64,000 nucleotides of DNA from Candidatus Tectimicrobiota bacterium (GTDB taxonomy: Bacteria > JACPUC01), in contig JACPUC010000001.1 of the NCBI GenBank assembly GCA_016192455.1, forward strand, positions 186,001-250,000, given 5' to 3'. This document shows, piece after piece, positions 1-9,264 of the stretch. Position 1 is the first letter of the stretch. Each line of letters begins with the position of its first letter. The translations under genes were made by a program, and so were the position numbers. The notes under the pieces were generated by a model, which was not told the origin of the DNA, did no database searches, and was given only the letters and a program-made list of their open reading frames with translations.

Positions 1-161
1 GGAAATAGGGTGGTATTTCACAATTTAGATCGCCTACATTTGCGAGGGAACCGTGTCCCCTCGCGCACCCCACATACGCGAGCTGCTGCGCAGCTCGCGG
101 GGATTGGGGGCGTGGGGGAGCAAGGGTCCACAAGAACTTCTTCCCGGGGGAGCGGTGTTCC

Positions 162-653
162 GTGCCGTGCTTCGAGATCAGGAAGGACCATCGCGTGGAG
201 TTCTGGGAGACCGACGCCGCCGGGGTCGTCTACTTCGCCAATTTTCATCGCCTGATGGACACGGCGATGATGGAGTTCTTCGCCTCGCTGCCGGTCTCCC
301 TCCCCCTCAGGGAGTACTGGGGCGGTCTTGGCTCGCAAGGGTACGACTGGGTGGTCATCGACAACGGCTGCCGCTTCCTGGGCAATTGCGGCTTCGGCGA
401 CACGCTGCGGATGCACCTCTGGGTGACGAAGAGGACGCAGCGCACCCTCCACTTCGCCTGCGCCTTCCGCAAGAACGACCGCCCCGAGGAGATCGCGCGA
501 GGCTACCTGGTTGCCTGCTCGACGCAGCGCCGCGATGGAGCGACGCGGGCCGTGCCGCCCCTGCCGGAGGTGGCGGCGCAGATCGGCGTGGCGCCCTGGG
601 AGGTGGGACAGGCTTCCAGCCTGTCGAGAGGCAGAACCACGGATGAACGCTGA
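162..653 (+). CDS. Acyl-CoA thioesterase (4HBT/YbgC-like hotdog fold)
   Basis: N-terminal VEFWETDAAGVVYFANF motif typical of 4HBT-family thioesterases; the 3' end runs into REP-like palindromes. Confidence 0.8.
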   Translation: MPCFEIRKDHRVEFWETDAAGVVYFANFHRLMDTAMMEFFASLPVSLPLREYWGGLGSQGYDWVVIDNGCRFLGNCGFGDTLRMHLWVTKRTQRTLHFACAFRKNDRPEEIARGYLVACSTQRRDGATRAVPPLPEVAAQIGVAPWEVGQASSLSRGRTTDER

Positions 654-804
654 TGTTCCTGTGAAACCGCCTGTCTGCGTGCGACGCACAGGCAGGTGTC
701 CATCAGCGGTTCACGCTTCCTCCGCGCCCTCTGCGTCTCTGCGGTGCAATCCATTTGACCGCCGAAGCGCAGAGGACGCAAAGTAGACAGGCTTCCAGCC
801 TGTC
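607..804. repeat. Cluster of REP-like palindromes
   Basis: GACAGGCTTCCAGCCTGTC occurs identically at 607-625 and 786-804; CCTGTCTGCGTGCGACGCACAGGCAGG hairpin at 670-696; CTCTGCG...CGCAGAG arms between them. Confidence 0.75.
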
Positions 805-973
805 GAAACCTTGGGAGCGCGACCGGCAACCGCGACGTGCCGCGGCCGACCGCGCTCCTGGAATGCGTAGCCCGCCGCGTGCTGCGGGACTCGACGTTCG
901 TGACACGACACGGAGGCCGCCCTCGCGCGCGGCAGCATGACCCGCGCACAGGTTGCCATCAGGAGCTAAGGCC

Positions 974-1792
974 ATGGGAGACATCATCGCTGGGTTTTGC
1001 GCCACCCACACGCCGCGGATCGCCGACGAAGCCAATGCGCCGGAGTTCACGCGCGAGCTGATCGCGGGCATGCACGAGCTGGGGGACCTCGTCGATACGC
1101 TGCGCCCCGATGCCATCGTCATGATCTCCACCCACTGGTTCACCACGTTCGTGCACTACGTCGCCTGCCACCCGCGGCACAAGGGCTACGTCACCGCCCT
1201 CGAGTGCCCGGACATGATCAACAGCCTCCCCTACGATTTCCCCGGCGACCCCGAACTGGGACGTCTGATGGTGAAGAAGGGGGACGAGCGGGGCGTACCG
1301 GTCTTCGTGGCGGATCAACCGAACTTCGTCTTCGACTACGGCTCGGTGGTGCCGGTGCGCTACCTGACGCCGCGCAACGACGTGCCGTTCGTCATCGTCT
1401 CATTGACCGCCGTCTGCCCGCTGGAGGAGTACTACACTTGGGGCGAAGCGGTCGCCGCGGCCATCCGCGAGCTGCGGCGGCGCGTTCTCGTGGTGACCAG
1501 CGGCAGCTTCTCCCACACCCTGGTGCGCGGCCCGGAGCGCTGGCCTCTCGAGGAACACCAGAAGCTCGACCGCGAGCTGGTGGGCCTCCTCTGCGAGGGA
1601 CGCCTCGACGAGGCGCGCGCCATGCTCCCCTGGTTTGTCGAGACCACCAGGGCCGAGGGCTGGGGCAAACATATCGCCTTCCTCCTCAGCCTCCTCGGCG
1701 CCAGCGGCCACGCCCTCAAGGGCAAACTCCACGCCTACGGCCCCTCCTCCGGCAGCGGCAACCCCGTGGTCTCCTTGCTGCCGGTGGGGTGA
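974..1792 (+). CDS. Extradiol ring-cleavage dioxygenase, LigB/class III (HpaD/aminophenol dioxygenase-like)
   Basis: HTPRI, ISTHW, DYGSVVP and SGSFSH motifs; AGGAG RBS before ATG 974. Confidence 0.85.
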   Translation: MGDIIAGFCATHTPRIADEANAPEFTRELIAGMHELGDLVDTLRPDAIVMISTHWFTTFVHYVACHPRHKGYVTALECPDMINSLPYDFPGDPELGRLMVKKGDERGVPVFVADQPNFVFDYGSVVPVRYLTPRNDVPFVIVSLTAVCPLEEYYTWGEAVAAAIRELRRRVLVVTSGSFSHTLVRGPERWPLEEHQKLDRELVGLLCEGRLDEARAMLPWFVETTRAEGWGKHIAFLLSLLGASGHALKGKLHAYGPSSGSGNPVVSLLPVG

Positions 1793-2025
1793 GGTTCCAG
1801 GACCAAGCGGGAAAGATGCCGAAGGGCGAGAGCAGCCTGCTCCCGCCCTTCGACGTGCCGCTGCATGCCGGCTTGAATCATGACTAAGAGGTCGTTCGAT
1901 GCGGGCGAGCCTCGCCCCCTCGCCGGTCTGCCGCCAGGCAGGCGCAGCCATTCCGCGCAAGCCGCGGCGCGACGAATCCGGCGTGCTCCACGCCGTGACC
2001 GGCTGGCCGGTTTGGCAGCCGGCGC

Positions 2026-3321
2026 CTACCTGCGCAGCAGCGGGTCGGAGCGGTCATGGCACTTCAGGCAGGCCTTGGTGTTGCGTTTTCGGATGCTCGA
2101 ACCGTCGAATCCACGCGGATGCGGCCGGATGTTCACGGTGGACGTGCTGTGGCACTGCAAGCAGTCGTCTTCGCGGTGACAAGCGGCGCAGGCCTGGATG
2201 TTCTTGCGAGCATAGTTGCGATGATGTTCGGCGGTGACGAAACCAAAGGTAACCCAGTCAGGTGGATGGAAGAGTCTTGTCAGCGGGAAGGTGTCGAGCG
2301 TGACCCGATGCTGCTCATGGCATGAACGGCAGAAGGATTCCAGGCGGTGGCAGCTTGAGCAGTTGAAGCGGTTGGTAAACGCGGTTTTTGGATGGGTGGC
2401 GATCCAGTCATTGGGGTGAATCTTGGCCGGTTTTTCGCCTCCCCCCCGCGCCGTGTAGCCTGCTTGGTGACACTTCGAGCACCAATCTTCGAGATGGCAG
2501 TTGCGGCAGAGGGCGCGATCCGCCTCAGCCTGGGGCCGGTGGTTCTTCACCCAGTTCTCATCGTGGAAGAACGTTCGACGCGGTCCGGGCTTCAAGACAC
2601 CAGTGGGGAACCGCAGGCGCAGCAGCCCATTTGCCTCGGTCAAGTGGCAGGTGGCGCAGGCCGCCGGCGGCCGCAGCCCGTTGATCGTCGTCGTGCCGTT
2701 GTGGCACTGCAGACAGACCTCCATGCGCGGCAGGTTGTCTCGCGTCGCAAGCTGAACCTTCTTGAAGTCGCCATGGCACTGCTGGCAAAGAATGCCGTTA
2801 TCGAGGTGCTTCTTGTGGGGGAAGTTGAGATTCGGCGGCGGCAGGAGCATGCGCTCTGGAGGAGCGTCCTTGAAGTTCACCGAGACGGTAGCTTTACCGG
2901 AGGTTGGATGACAGGTGGTGCAGGTGGCCGGTGGAAAGCGAGTCGCGGCATCAGGGGCAAATATCTTATGACACATGGCGCAACGGATATCATGCTTGGC
3001 GGCATCGCCTTTCAGCCGGGGGAGGTTATCGTCGCTGGCGTTCGTGCTGGTGCGCACCTGGTCGTGGCAGTAGGCGCAGGCCATCCCTTTCAAGTGCTTG
3101 TCATAAAAAAAACGCAGGGGAATGCGCTGCTGCGGAAAGATCACCTGAGACGGCGCAAGCTCGCCGGCGGAAAAGGGAACAGGATTTTCCGTGTGCGGGG
3201 CCGCAGCGTTTTCCGCGGCAGGAACACCGCGGACCGCAGCGACGAGGACGAGGCCCACGAGTACGAAACCCGCCAGCCGAACATAGACGCGGGAGCCAGC
3301 AAAACCGCCTGGGAAGCGCAC
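2026..3321 (-). CDS. Periplasmic multiheme cytochrome c (13 CxxCH)
   Basis: Signal peptide; 13 CxxCH motifs counted (CAYCH, CAMCH, CTTCH, CQQCH, CLQCH, CATCH, CRNCH, CSKCH, CSSCH, CRSCH, CAACH, CLQCH, CLKCH); cytochrome c3-like FPHKKH and repeated HxxxWxxxH distal-ligand motifs. Confidence 0.92.
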   Translation of the reverse strand: MRFPGGFAGSRVYVRLAGFVLVGLVLVAAVRGVPAAENAAAPHTENPVPFSAGELAPSQVIFPQQRIPLRFFYDKHLKGMACAYCHDQVRTSTNASDDNLPRLKGDAAKHDIRCAMCHKIFAPDAATRFPPATCTTCHPTSGKATVSVNFKDAPPERMLLPPPNLNFPHKKHLDNGILCQQCHGDFKKVQLATRDNLPRMEVCLQCHNGTTTINGLRPPAACATCHLTEANGLLRLRFPTGVLKPGPRRTFFHDENWVKNHRPQAEADRALCRNCHLEDWCSKCHQAGYTARGGGEKPAKIHPNDWIATHPKTAFTNRFNCSSCHRLESFCRSCHEQHRVTLDTFPLTRLFHPPDWVTFGFVTAEHHRNYARKNIQACAACHREDDCLQCHSTSTVNIRPHPRGFDGSSIRKRNTKACLKCHDRSDPLLRR

Positions 3322-3330
3322 GGCATCACC

Positions 3331-4710
3331 TCAAAGCTTGCCGCTGAAGTAAATGGTCAGCTCCGCCAGGAAGCGGAACTCGTTTCTGGAGAAATCGTTG
3401 ATTAGGTTCTCCACTTCAGCTCGAACTTCAATCTTGCGATCGTGGAGATACGAAAGGCCGAACCGTCCGCCGAAACTCGTATCTTCGTTGAAATCCTGGG
3501 TGATCTGCTTGTAGCGCACGACGTTCACGCCGGTTCTGAGGAGTAAGCGCTGCCGCAAGAACGCCTTGTTCACCCCAAGATCCACGCCGTGCTGAACGCC
3601 GCCGAACCCATCCCGGTACGTCAAGCTGAAGGTTAGGAGATCAAGTTGATAGGGCGACGGCGCGCCAAGGTTGGCGACCTCGATGCCGGTGCTGAGCGTA
3701 TCATTATCATCCTCTTTCTCCAGGGTGCGCTCGAAAAATTGCCGCTCTACCTGAAAGAAAGTGGAGAGGGTGGGACGAAAACGGTACGTCAATCGCCCGC
3801 GCAACGCATCGTAAGGGTTGACGTTGAAGACGTTAAAGATCGAATCGAGATCGAATTCGGGCTCGAAGCGCTGGTACTCGAGGCGGACATCGGCTGCCGG
3901 AGTGAGGCGCAGGAGAACACCGCCGAGCGCTTCGCTCATCTGCTCGAGCGGAATGTTGTAGCTCGTGTTGGCGTAGGTGTGCACCCAGGAGATCAGCTCG
4001 TGACTGAAATCGAAGCCGATCCTCTCCTGGCTCAGGTCGCTCTCGCGTTCCTGCCGGTCATAGCCGAGGGCGAGGAACGTCCCCGCCCGAGGCCTCCAGG
4101 AGACCCGCCAGCCGGCCGCCAGATCGCCGCTACGGCTCTTGCTCTCCCGCGGCGGCACGGGAAGCCCCAGGTATCCTTCGACGTTGAACGGACCGAGGCC
4201 GGCATAGGCAAGCTTTGCGGCGTCGGCACGGACAAAATCGAGCCCATGCGTGATCAGTTGCCTGCCAAGGTTCAGCGACAAACCGCGCTGCGGGTCTCCG
4301 GCATCGACGTAGGCATAGAGCACCCTGTCCGAGTCGAAGTCGCTGGAGAGGTCGTCGACGTGGCGCAGGCTGGCGAAGAAGCTGAGGTTTCGATCGCCGA
4401 TTTTGTAGAGATTGAGGTCAAAGAAGTGCGTCAACGGCTCGAACTCGACCCGCCGGCCGTCGCTGGCGGGGAATTGGCTTTTGCGGAAGAGCATGGAGTA
4501 GCGGCCGCTCAGCAGGGTGGCCCCGGCGCTGGCGTGCCAGATCAGGTGCGCCATCAGAAGGATGGGCAACCCCTTCCCTATGCGACCGAGGCGGAACGTC
4601 TTCAGGGTTCGAAACTCCGTCGGCATCCCTCGGTAAATCGGGAATATCGGGACAGGTTTCCAAGAGATGCGGACGGGGAGGGCGTGACGCCAGGGAAGCG
4701 TCTGAGTCAT
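3331..4710 (-). CDS. Putative outer-membrane beta-barrel (porin) protein; the start may be 4626
   Basis: Signal-like segment ending ASAGA, many amphipathic beta-strands, LNLGRQ motif, terminal strand FLAELTIYF; 9 bp upstream of the multiheme cytochrome gene. Confidence 0.65.
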   Translation of the reverse strand: MTQTLPWRHALPVRISWKPVPIFPIYRGMPTEFRTLKTFRLGRIGKGLPILLMAHLIWHASAGATLLSGRYSMLFRKSQFPASDGRRVEFEPLTHFFDLNLYKIGDRNLSFFASLRHVDDLSSDFDSDRVLYAYVDAGDPQRGLSLNLGRQLITHGLDFVRADAAKLAYAGLGPFNVEGYLGLPVPPRESKSRSGDLAAGWRVSWRPRAGTFLALGYDRQERESDLSQERIGFDFSHELISWVHTYANTSYNIPLEQMSEALGGVLLRLTPAADVRLEYQRFEPEFDLDSIFNVFNVNPYDALRGRLTYRFRPTLSTFFQVERQFFERTLEKEDDNDTLSTGIEVANLGAPSPYQLDLLTFSLTYRDGFGGVQHGVDLGVNKAFLRQRLLLRTGVNVVRYKQITQDFNEDTSFGGRFGLSYLHDRKIEVRAEVENLINDFSRNEFRFLAELTIYFSGKL

Positions 4711-4752
4711 GTCCGGCGGTTGAGCCGAGCGACTCCCCTCTGCGCCTGCTCT

Positions 4753-5814
4753 CTATCTCAACGTTCTCAGGTATTCGGCCACCGCCTCCGCCTCATCCGG
4801 GGTGAAGCGGAAGTTCGGCATGCGCCCGCCGGTGCCCAGGTTGTAAGCCTCGCGACGAATCTCCCGACTCTCGGTGAGGAACTCGATCAGCCATGTCACC
4901 TGCGCCTTGCGGCCCTGCTGGGCGAGGGAGGGAGCGATCTCGCGCCGCGGCGGCAGTCCCGGAATGTCGCCGTGGCAGCCGACGCAGTTGAACTGGGCCA
5001 TCAACTGCCGCCCCATCTCCGGCGTCACGTCGGGATTCTGCCGCACAGCCCGCTGATATTCCGCCGGCAGCGGGTCACTACTTTGGGTGACCAGGAAATC
5101 CCGCAGCGCGATCATCTGACGAGCCTCATCCCCGCCGAGGATGTCCTCAGGCCCGGAACTCTCGTCGTCAAAGAAATTCGGCATCTTCACACCAGGCTGG
5201 AAGCTCTGCGGATCTTGCAGCCAGCGGATAATCCAGTCGGGGTTGAGCCGTTGGGGGACCAGCGACAGGTCGGGGGCTCGTTCGTCAGGCTTGACCGAGC
5301 GCGATTCTTTCCCGCGCAGGTGGCAGGTAAGGCAATCGAGGTATTCCGGCGTCATGAGCTTCTTGGCGGCGTCGGTCAATTCCGGCTCGCTGCGCCCGGC
5401 AAACCTGAACTTAGCGGGGAGCGGTTCGTCGTGGCGCTTGCGCTGCGTTTCCAGGAACTTGGTGATGGCCAGCGCCTCCCGGTCACCGAGGCGGAAGGTC
5501 GGCATGCGCATGCGCAGCCACGGGCGGATGCTGCGCGGCTGCTTGAGGAAGTCGAATAACCACTCCGGGCGAACCCGTTCCCCTTCGAAATCGAGCGGCG
5601 GCGCGCCGGGTTGCGGCGTTTGATCTTCTATCTGGTGGCACGCCGCGCAGTTGAGGTCGGTGACGAGCTCGCGTCCCCTGGCGGCGAGGGGGGAGAGGTT
5701 GCGCTGCGCGGCCCAGGCGCGGGAAAGGGCGTGGTGCAGCCAAGCTCCCGGCTCGACGTTCCAGAGCAGCAGGAAAAGGAGCAGCACGCTGCAACGTCTG
5801 AAGAGGCGGCGCAT
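4753..5814 (-). CDS. Triheme class I cytochrome c (three tandem monoheme domains)
   Basis: CAACH, CLTCH and CVGCH, each followed by P-x-L, W-x3-(F/W)L and an MP(T/N)F Met axial ligand; signal peptide MRRLFRR. Confidence 0.88.
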   Translation of the reverse strand: MRRLFRRCSVLLLFLLLWNVEPGAWLHHALSRAWAAQRNLSPLAARGRELVTDLNCAACHQIEDQTPQPGAPPLDFEGERVRPEWLFDFLKQPRSIRPWLRMRMPTFRLGDREALAITKFLETQRKRHDEPLPAKFRFAGRSEPELTDAAKKLMTPEYLDCLTCHLRGKESRSVKPDERAPDLSLVPQRLNPDWIIRWLQDPQSFQPGVKMPNFFDDESSGPEDILGGDEARQMIALRDFLVTQSSDPLPAEYQRAVRQNPDVTPEMGRQLMAQFNCVGCHGDIPGLPPRREIAPSLAQQGRKAQVTWLIEFLTESREIRREAYNLGTGGRMPNFRFTPDEAEAVAEYLRTLR

Positions 5815-5963
5815 ACTCGACTCCCACGTGCAAAAGCCCTCGCCTTCAGAGCCGGAACACCTGAGCGCGATGATTTCGCCTGCCAGGCGCCGCGGCAGAG
5901 CAGCGCGCTCTCGCCACGCCTGGGCGCGGCGAGGGGCCATGGACGCGACGCGTCGGGGCGGCT

Positions 5964-6392
5964 TCAACGCGGCGGCGCCGTTGGTCCACCGCCCGCCGGC
6001 GCCTCCGTGAGCTCGATGTGCACGGTCACATCATCCGAAAGCGCCAGGCGTCGCGGCGCGCTTGGCGCAAACTTCTCCTTCTCCACGCGCAGCCAGAAGC
6101 GGTCGCCCCAGTTCTTGCTCGTATAGGTGAGCGGCGTGCGGCCGTTGCCGATCGTCAGGGGAACGAAGGTCGTGCCGTCCTGCGACCAGAAAATCCGCCC
6201 GTCCGACGGCGCGCTGGTCACCGTGAGGGTTCGTGCACGCTGCGTCGCCGCCTCGCGGGCCTGCCGCAGCACCGTCTCGGGCAACTGCCCGAGGTAGATG
6301 CGCCCGCAGGCCGGCAACCACAGCGTGGAGAGAGAGAAGAGGAGGATGAGGAGCACCGGCGACCGCCCGCGTCCGCGTCGTCCGGGATTCAC
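5964..6392 (-). CDS. Putative lipoprotein with PEGA-like domain
   Basis: Hydrophobic stretch plus lipobox LPAC; LTVTSAPSDGRI...GRTPL resembles PEGA; start uncertain (GTG 6392 or 6494). Confidence 0.6.
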   Translation of the reverse strand: MNPGRRGRGRSPVLLILLFSLSTLWLPACGRIYLGQLPETVLRQAREAATQRARTLTVTSAPSDGRIFWSQDGTTFVPLTIGNGRTPLTYTSKNWGDRFWLRVEKEKFAPSAPRRLALSDDVTVHIELTEAPAGGGPTAPPR

Positions 6393-6473
6393 GGGACGCG
6401 AGGGCGCCGAGCAAGCAGGCTCCACCAACTCAGCGGGTGTTCGCGACGGCATCCCACGCTGGGCTGATACCCT

Positions 6474-6487
6474 CTGATTCATCTCAA
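6474..6487. promoter_or_regulatory. Degenerate FNR/Crp-family box
   Basis: CTGAT-TCAT-CTCAA, an 8/10 match to TTGAT-N4-ATCAA, upstream of the lipoprotein-cytochrome-porin genes. Confidence 0.4.
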
Positions 6488-6657
6488 TCTGCACGGTTGC
6501 CCACCATCGCTATCTTCGTCGCGGAGCGAGAATCCGCGGCACAACCAGGGATGACTCTGGCCTGGCGAACGCGACCCGAACCCTGGGAGGCCGCCCCGCC
6601 GACATCCGGTGGGAGAAGTGAGCGTTCCCGCCGGCTGCCGGTCGTGGGTGTGGTTGG

Positions 6658-8727
6658 TTAATTGTTCGGCGCGCCGGCCGCCACCCAGGCGGTGATGGTG
6701 GCGATCGCCTCGTCGGACAGCGGCGTCCTGCCGAGGGGCATCCGCTCCCCAACGGCGGCAATGCCGCGGATTTTCTGCACCAGGTAGCTGTTATCGGGGT
6801 CGCCGGGTTGGATGCGGTTCAGCGTGTTGACCTCGACGCTCCGCATGCCGACGATGTTGCTGAACGCGTTCCCCTGCGACAGGTTCTGGTTGAGCATGGC
6901 GCGCGGCCCGGAATGGCACCCGGCAAGGGCGCAGTTCGCCGTGAAGATGGGTTGCACGTTGGCGCTGAAACTGACGGTTGGCTGGGGAGGCGGTGCCTCT
7001 TCAACAGGGCCCGCATCCGGCGTGGGTTCCACCACTGGAGTTGGTTCAGCAATCGGCTCCGTGTCGGAGACGCCAGGGATGTTTGGGAAGGCCTTGAGGT
7101 AGAAGGTATGTGACCAGAGCATTTCGTTGGAGAGATGCATGGCCCCGGCACTATCAAAGTAGGTGTTGGTAACCATCCACGTCTTGGTTACGGGGTTGAT
7201 CGTAATCTCGGTAGCGAAGACTGGCGCCACGCCATTCTTTCCACCTGCCATTGGCGGGAGTGGAAGGGTGGGATACCGGTGGTCGATGTCGCGCAGCCGC
7301 TCGAATGCACCAATGCTTGAAGACGGTGGAGCCGAGCGTTTCAATCCACTCTGATTCACGGCGCTCTCAAAGAAGTTCAACCAGAGCGCCTTCACGGTTG
7401 TCTGGTTGACCGCATCGCCGCCTATTTGATTTAACGCGTTCAAAGCGCCGAGGATCGCGGCGATATCATCGACATGGTAGACGTGTTGACTTGTGAAGTA
7501 TCCGTGCGTCCAATCGTACTCAGCCACCAAGGCGTTGAAGACTTCGGCCGCGGCGGTCAGGAAGCGTGGCGCCCCGCTCGTGCGCGCCGCTTCGATGAGG
7601 CCCCGCACCGCATAGGCTTTCGAGCGCACCGTCGGTTTCTCGGCGGCGATGAGGGCATCTCCGAATGCCGCAATCTTGGCGAGAGCCGCGGCGCGGTTGG
7701 CGTCGTTGGTCGTATAGGCGGCGTACCACGCCAGGCCGGTGGCGGCGACCGCCTGTTCGATCACCGTGCTGGGCGGCTCGCCCGCGGCGATCTCCGCAAA
7801 CAGCGAGTCGGCGGCGCTGCCGAACATGGCGCCCATCTGAGCATCCCGGTAACGGTTCGTGTCGCTGCCATCGAGGGCGTCCCGGCTCTTCACGTCGGCG
7901 AGGTCACTCAACGCCTGCAGCATGACGTAGGTGCCGATCTTGCTGCTGACGAACGGCGTGGCGTCTGCCGCACCGGTCCGCCAGTTCATCCACTCCATGG
8001 CTTGCATGGCGGCCTCCATGGCGAGGACCATGCCGATGAAGCGCTGCTGGGCGCCGAAGGTGGCCGTGGGCGCGCCGAAATGCGGCTCGAAATGGAAGAG
8101 CCGAGCCCATTCGATCTCTTTGATCATGGTGTAGGCTTGCGCTTCGACGGTCACCGTCGTATCAAACGAGCTGGCATCCCAGCGGAAATTGCTGAAATCA
8201 CCCGAGTTGCCGTTATTCTCGTTCACCCAGACGGGATTGCCTGATTTGTAGACTGCTCGAAGCAGGGCCGGGTTTGTCGGGGGCATGGCCGCGTCGCCAT
8301 CGTTGGGATCGGGATCGAACATTGGAATCGCGGCCATCACCTGAGCCATATCCGGCGCAAAGGTTACGCCGAGGCCCGAGGTCATCACCAGTTCGCCCAA
8401 GTTGTACCGCGAGTACCAATACCCTTCATTCACCAGCGCGCGCTCGTCGAACTCCGGATTGTGGCCGGCAAGGAGCGACTCCTGCCTGCCGAAGCTCCCG
8501 TTGAACCTCCAAGATAAGCTCGCTTCGTCCCACTCGAACTCGGCCCAGAAACGATCATTGGGCGTTGCGTTGAGTCCGAGATTATAGATGCGGATAGTTT
8601 GGTCGGCGACACCCGTGGTCCGCACAAAGGCGTCGCTGAAATTCACCAAGCCCTGCGCCCTTGCATCAAGGCTCAGCACCAGAACAACGAGAACGGAGCA
8701 CGACAGGGTAAGCAAGTAGCGTCTCAT
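6658..8727 (-). CDS. Secreted protein with helical core, Pro/Glu linker and C-terminal cytochrome c domain (CX4CH)
   Basis: Signal peptide ending ARA; C-terminal FSANVQPIFTANCALAGCH...PGDPDNSYL...RMP...WVAAGA cytochrome c domain. Confidence 0.75.
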   Translation of the reverse strand: MRRYLLTLSCSVLVVLVLSLDARAQGLVNFSDAFVRTTGVADQTIRIYNLGLNATPNDRFWAEFEWDEASLSWRFNGSFGRQESLLAGHNPEFDERALVNEGYWYSRYNLGELVMTSGLGVTFAPDMAQVMAAIPMFDPDPNDGDAAMPPTNPALLRAVYKSGNPVWVNENNGNSGDFSNFRWDASSFDTTVTVEAQAYTMIKEIEWARLFHFEPHFGAPTATFGAQQRFIGMVLAMEAAMQAMEWMNWRTGAADATPFVSSKIGTYVMLQALSDLADVKSRDALDGSDTNRYRDAQMGAMFGSAADSLFAEIAAGEPPSTVIEQAVAATGLAWYAAYTTNDANRAAALAKIAAFGDALIAAEKPTVRSKAYAVRGLIEAARTSGAPRFLTAAAEVFNALVAEYDWTHGYFTSQHVYHVDDIAAILGALNALNQIGGDAVNQTTVKALWLNFFESAVNQSGLKRSAPPSSSIGAFERLRDIDHRYPTLPLPPMAGGKNGVAPVFATEITINPVTKTWMVTNTYFDSAGAMHLSNEMLWSHTFYLKAFPNIPGVSDTEPIAEPTPVVEPTPDAGPVEEAPPPQPTVSFSANVQPIFTANCALAGCHSGPRAMLNQNLSQGNAFSNIVGMRSVEVNTLNRIQPGDPDNSYLVQKIRGIAAVGERMPLGRTPLSDEAIATITAWVAAGAPNN

Positions 8728-8873
8728 TGGTACACCCTTTCACGCTGTCCCCCCCCAATGAATCACTGAGTTCCAGGTCAGGTGTTGAAGCCGCACACCT
8801 CCCAAGTAACGAAAACGAAAATGAGGTTGACCATATTCCACGAAAGGAAAAAATTTAAGAAAAAATCTAAAAT

Positions 8874-8887
8874 TTGATTTGTATCAA
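8874..8887. promoter_or_regulatory. FNR/Dnr-type binding site
   Basis: TTGAT-TTGT-ATCAA, a perfect match to the FNR consensus, in an AT-rich intergenic region upstream of the 689-aa gene. Confidence 0.7.
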
Positions 8888-9264
8888 GGAATGTTTTCAT
8901 TGCGGTCGGAATCACCAAGAAACTCACCATCCGAGCGTGAATGAGTGTGTGGTCGTTACGCCTCACAGCGGTTGCTTTCATGCAAGGTTCCACTATGTAC
9001 TGTCCAAATTAGACAGGCTGGATTTATCATGTTCGGGGAGCGGCTTTTGGCGCCGCGAAGCGTGCATCCAGCCAGGCTTCCATCCCTGCCGCCGCGGGGA
9101 GCGGTGCACGGGTGCGCGACGCTCAGCTTCACATGACTCCTCCGCGACGGGTGCGCGGCGTCCGCCTCTTCGGGGCCTGGCCAGCGGAGCGCTCCGTCTC
9201 CGCTGCTGAAGCGTGTTGGCGCCGCCGTCGACGCTCGGGTCGACGGCGGCGCCCCCAGGGTGGA

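Noticed and set aside
607-804. Possible CRISPR array from the repeated 19-mer
   Set aside because: Only two copies about 180 bp apart, no regular spacers and no cas genes
2026-4710. Naming the pair mtrA/mtrB
   Set aside because: Heme count, spacing and barrel length differ from MtrA/MtrB, so no symbol was assigned
3646-5559. 637-aa plus-strand ORF
   Set aside because: Antisense shadow of the barrel and triheme genes; no motifs; expected in high-GC DNA
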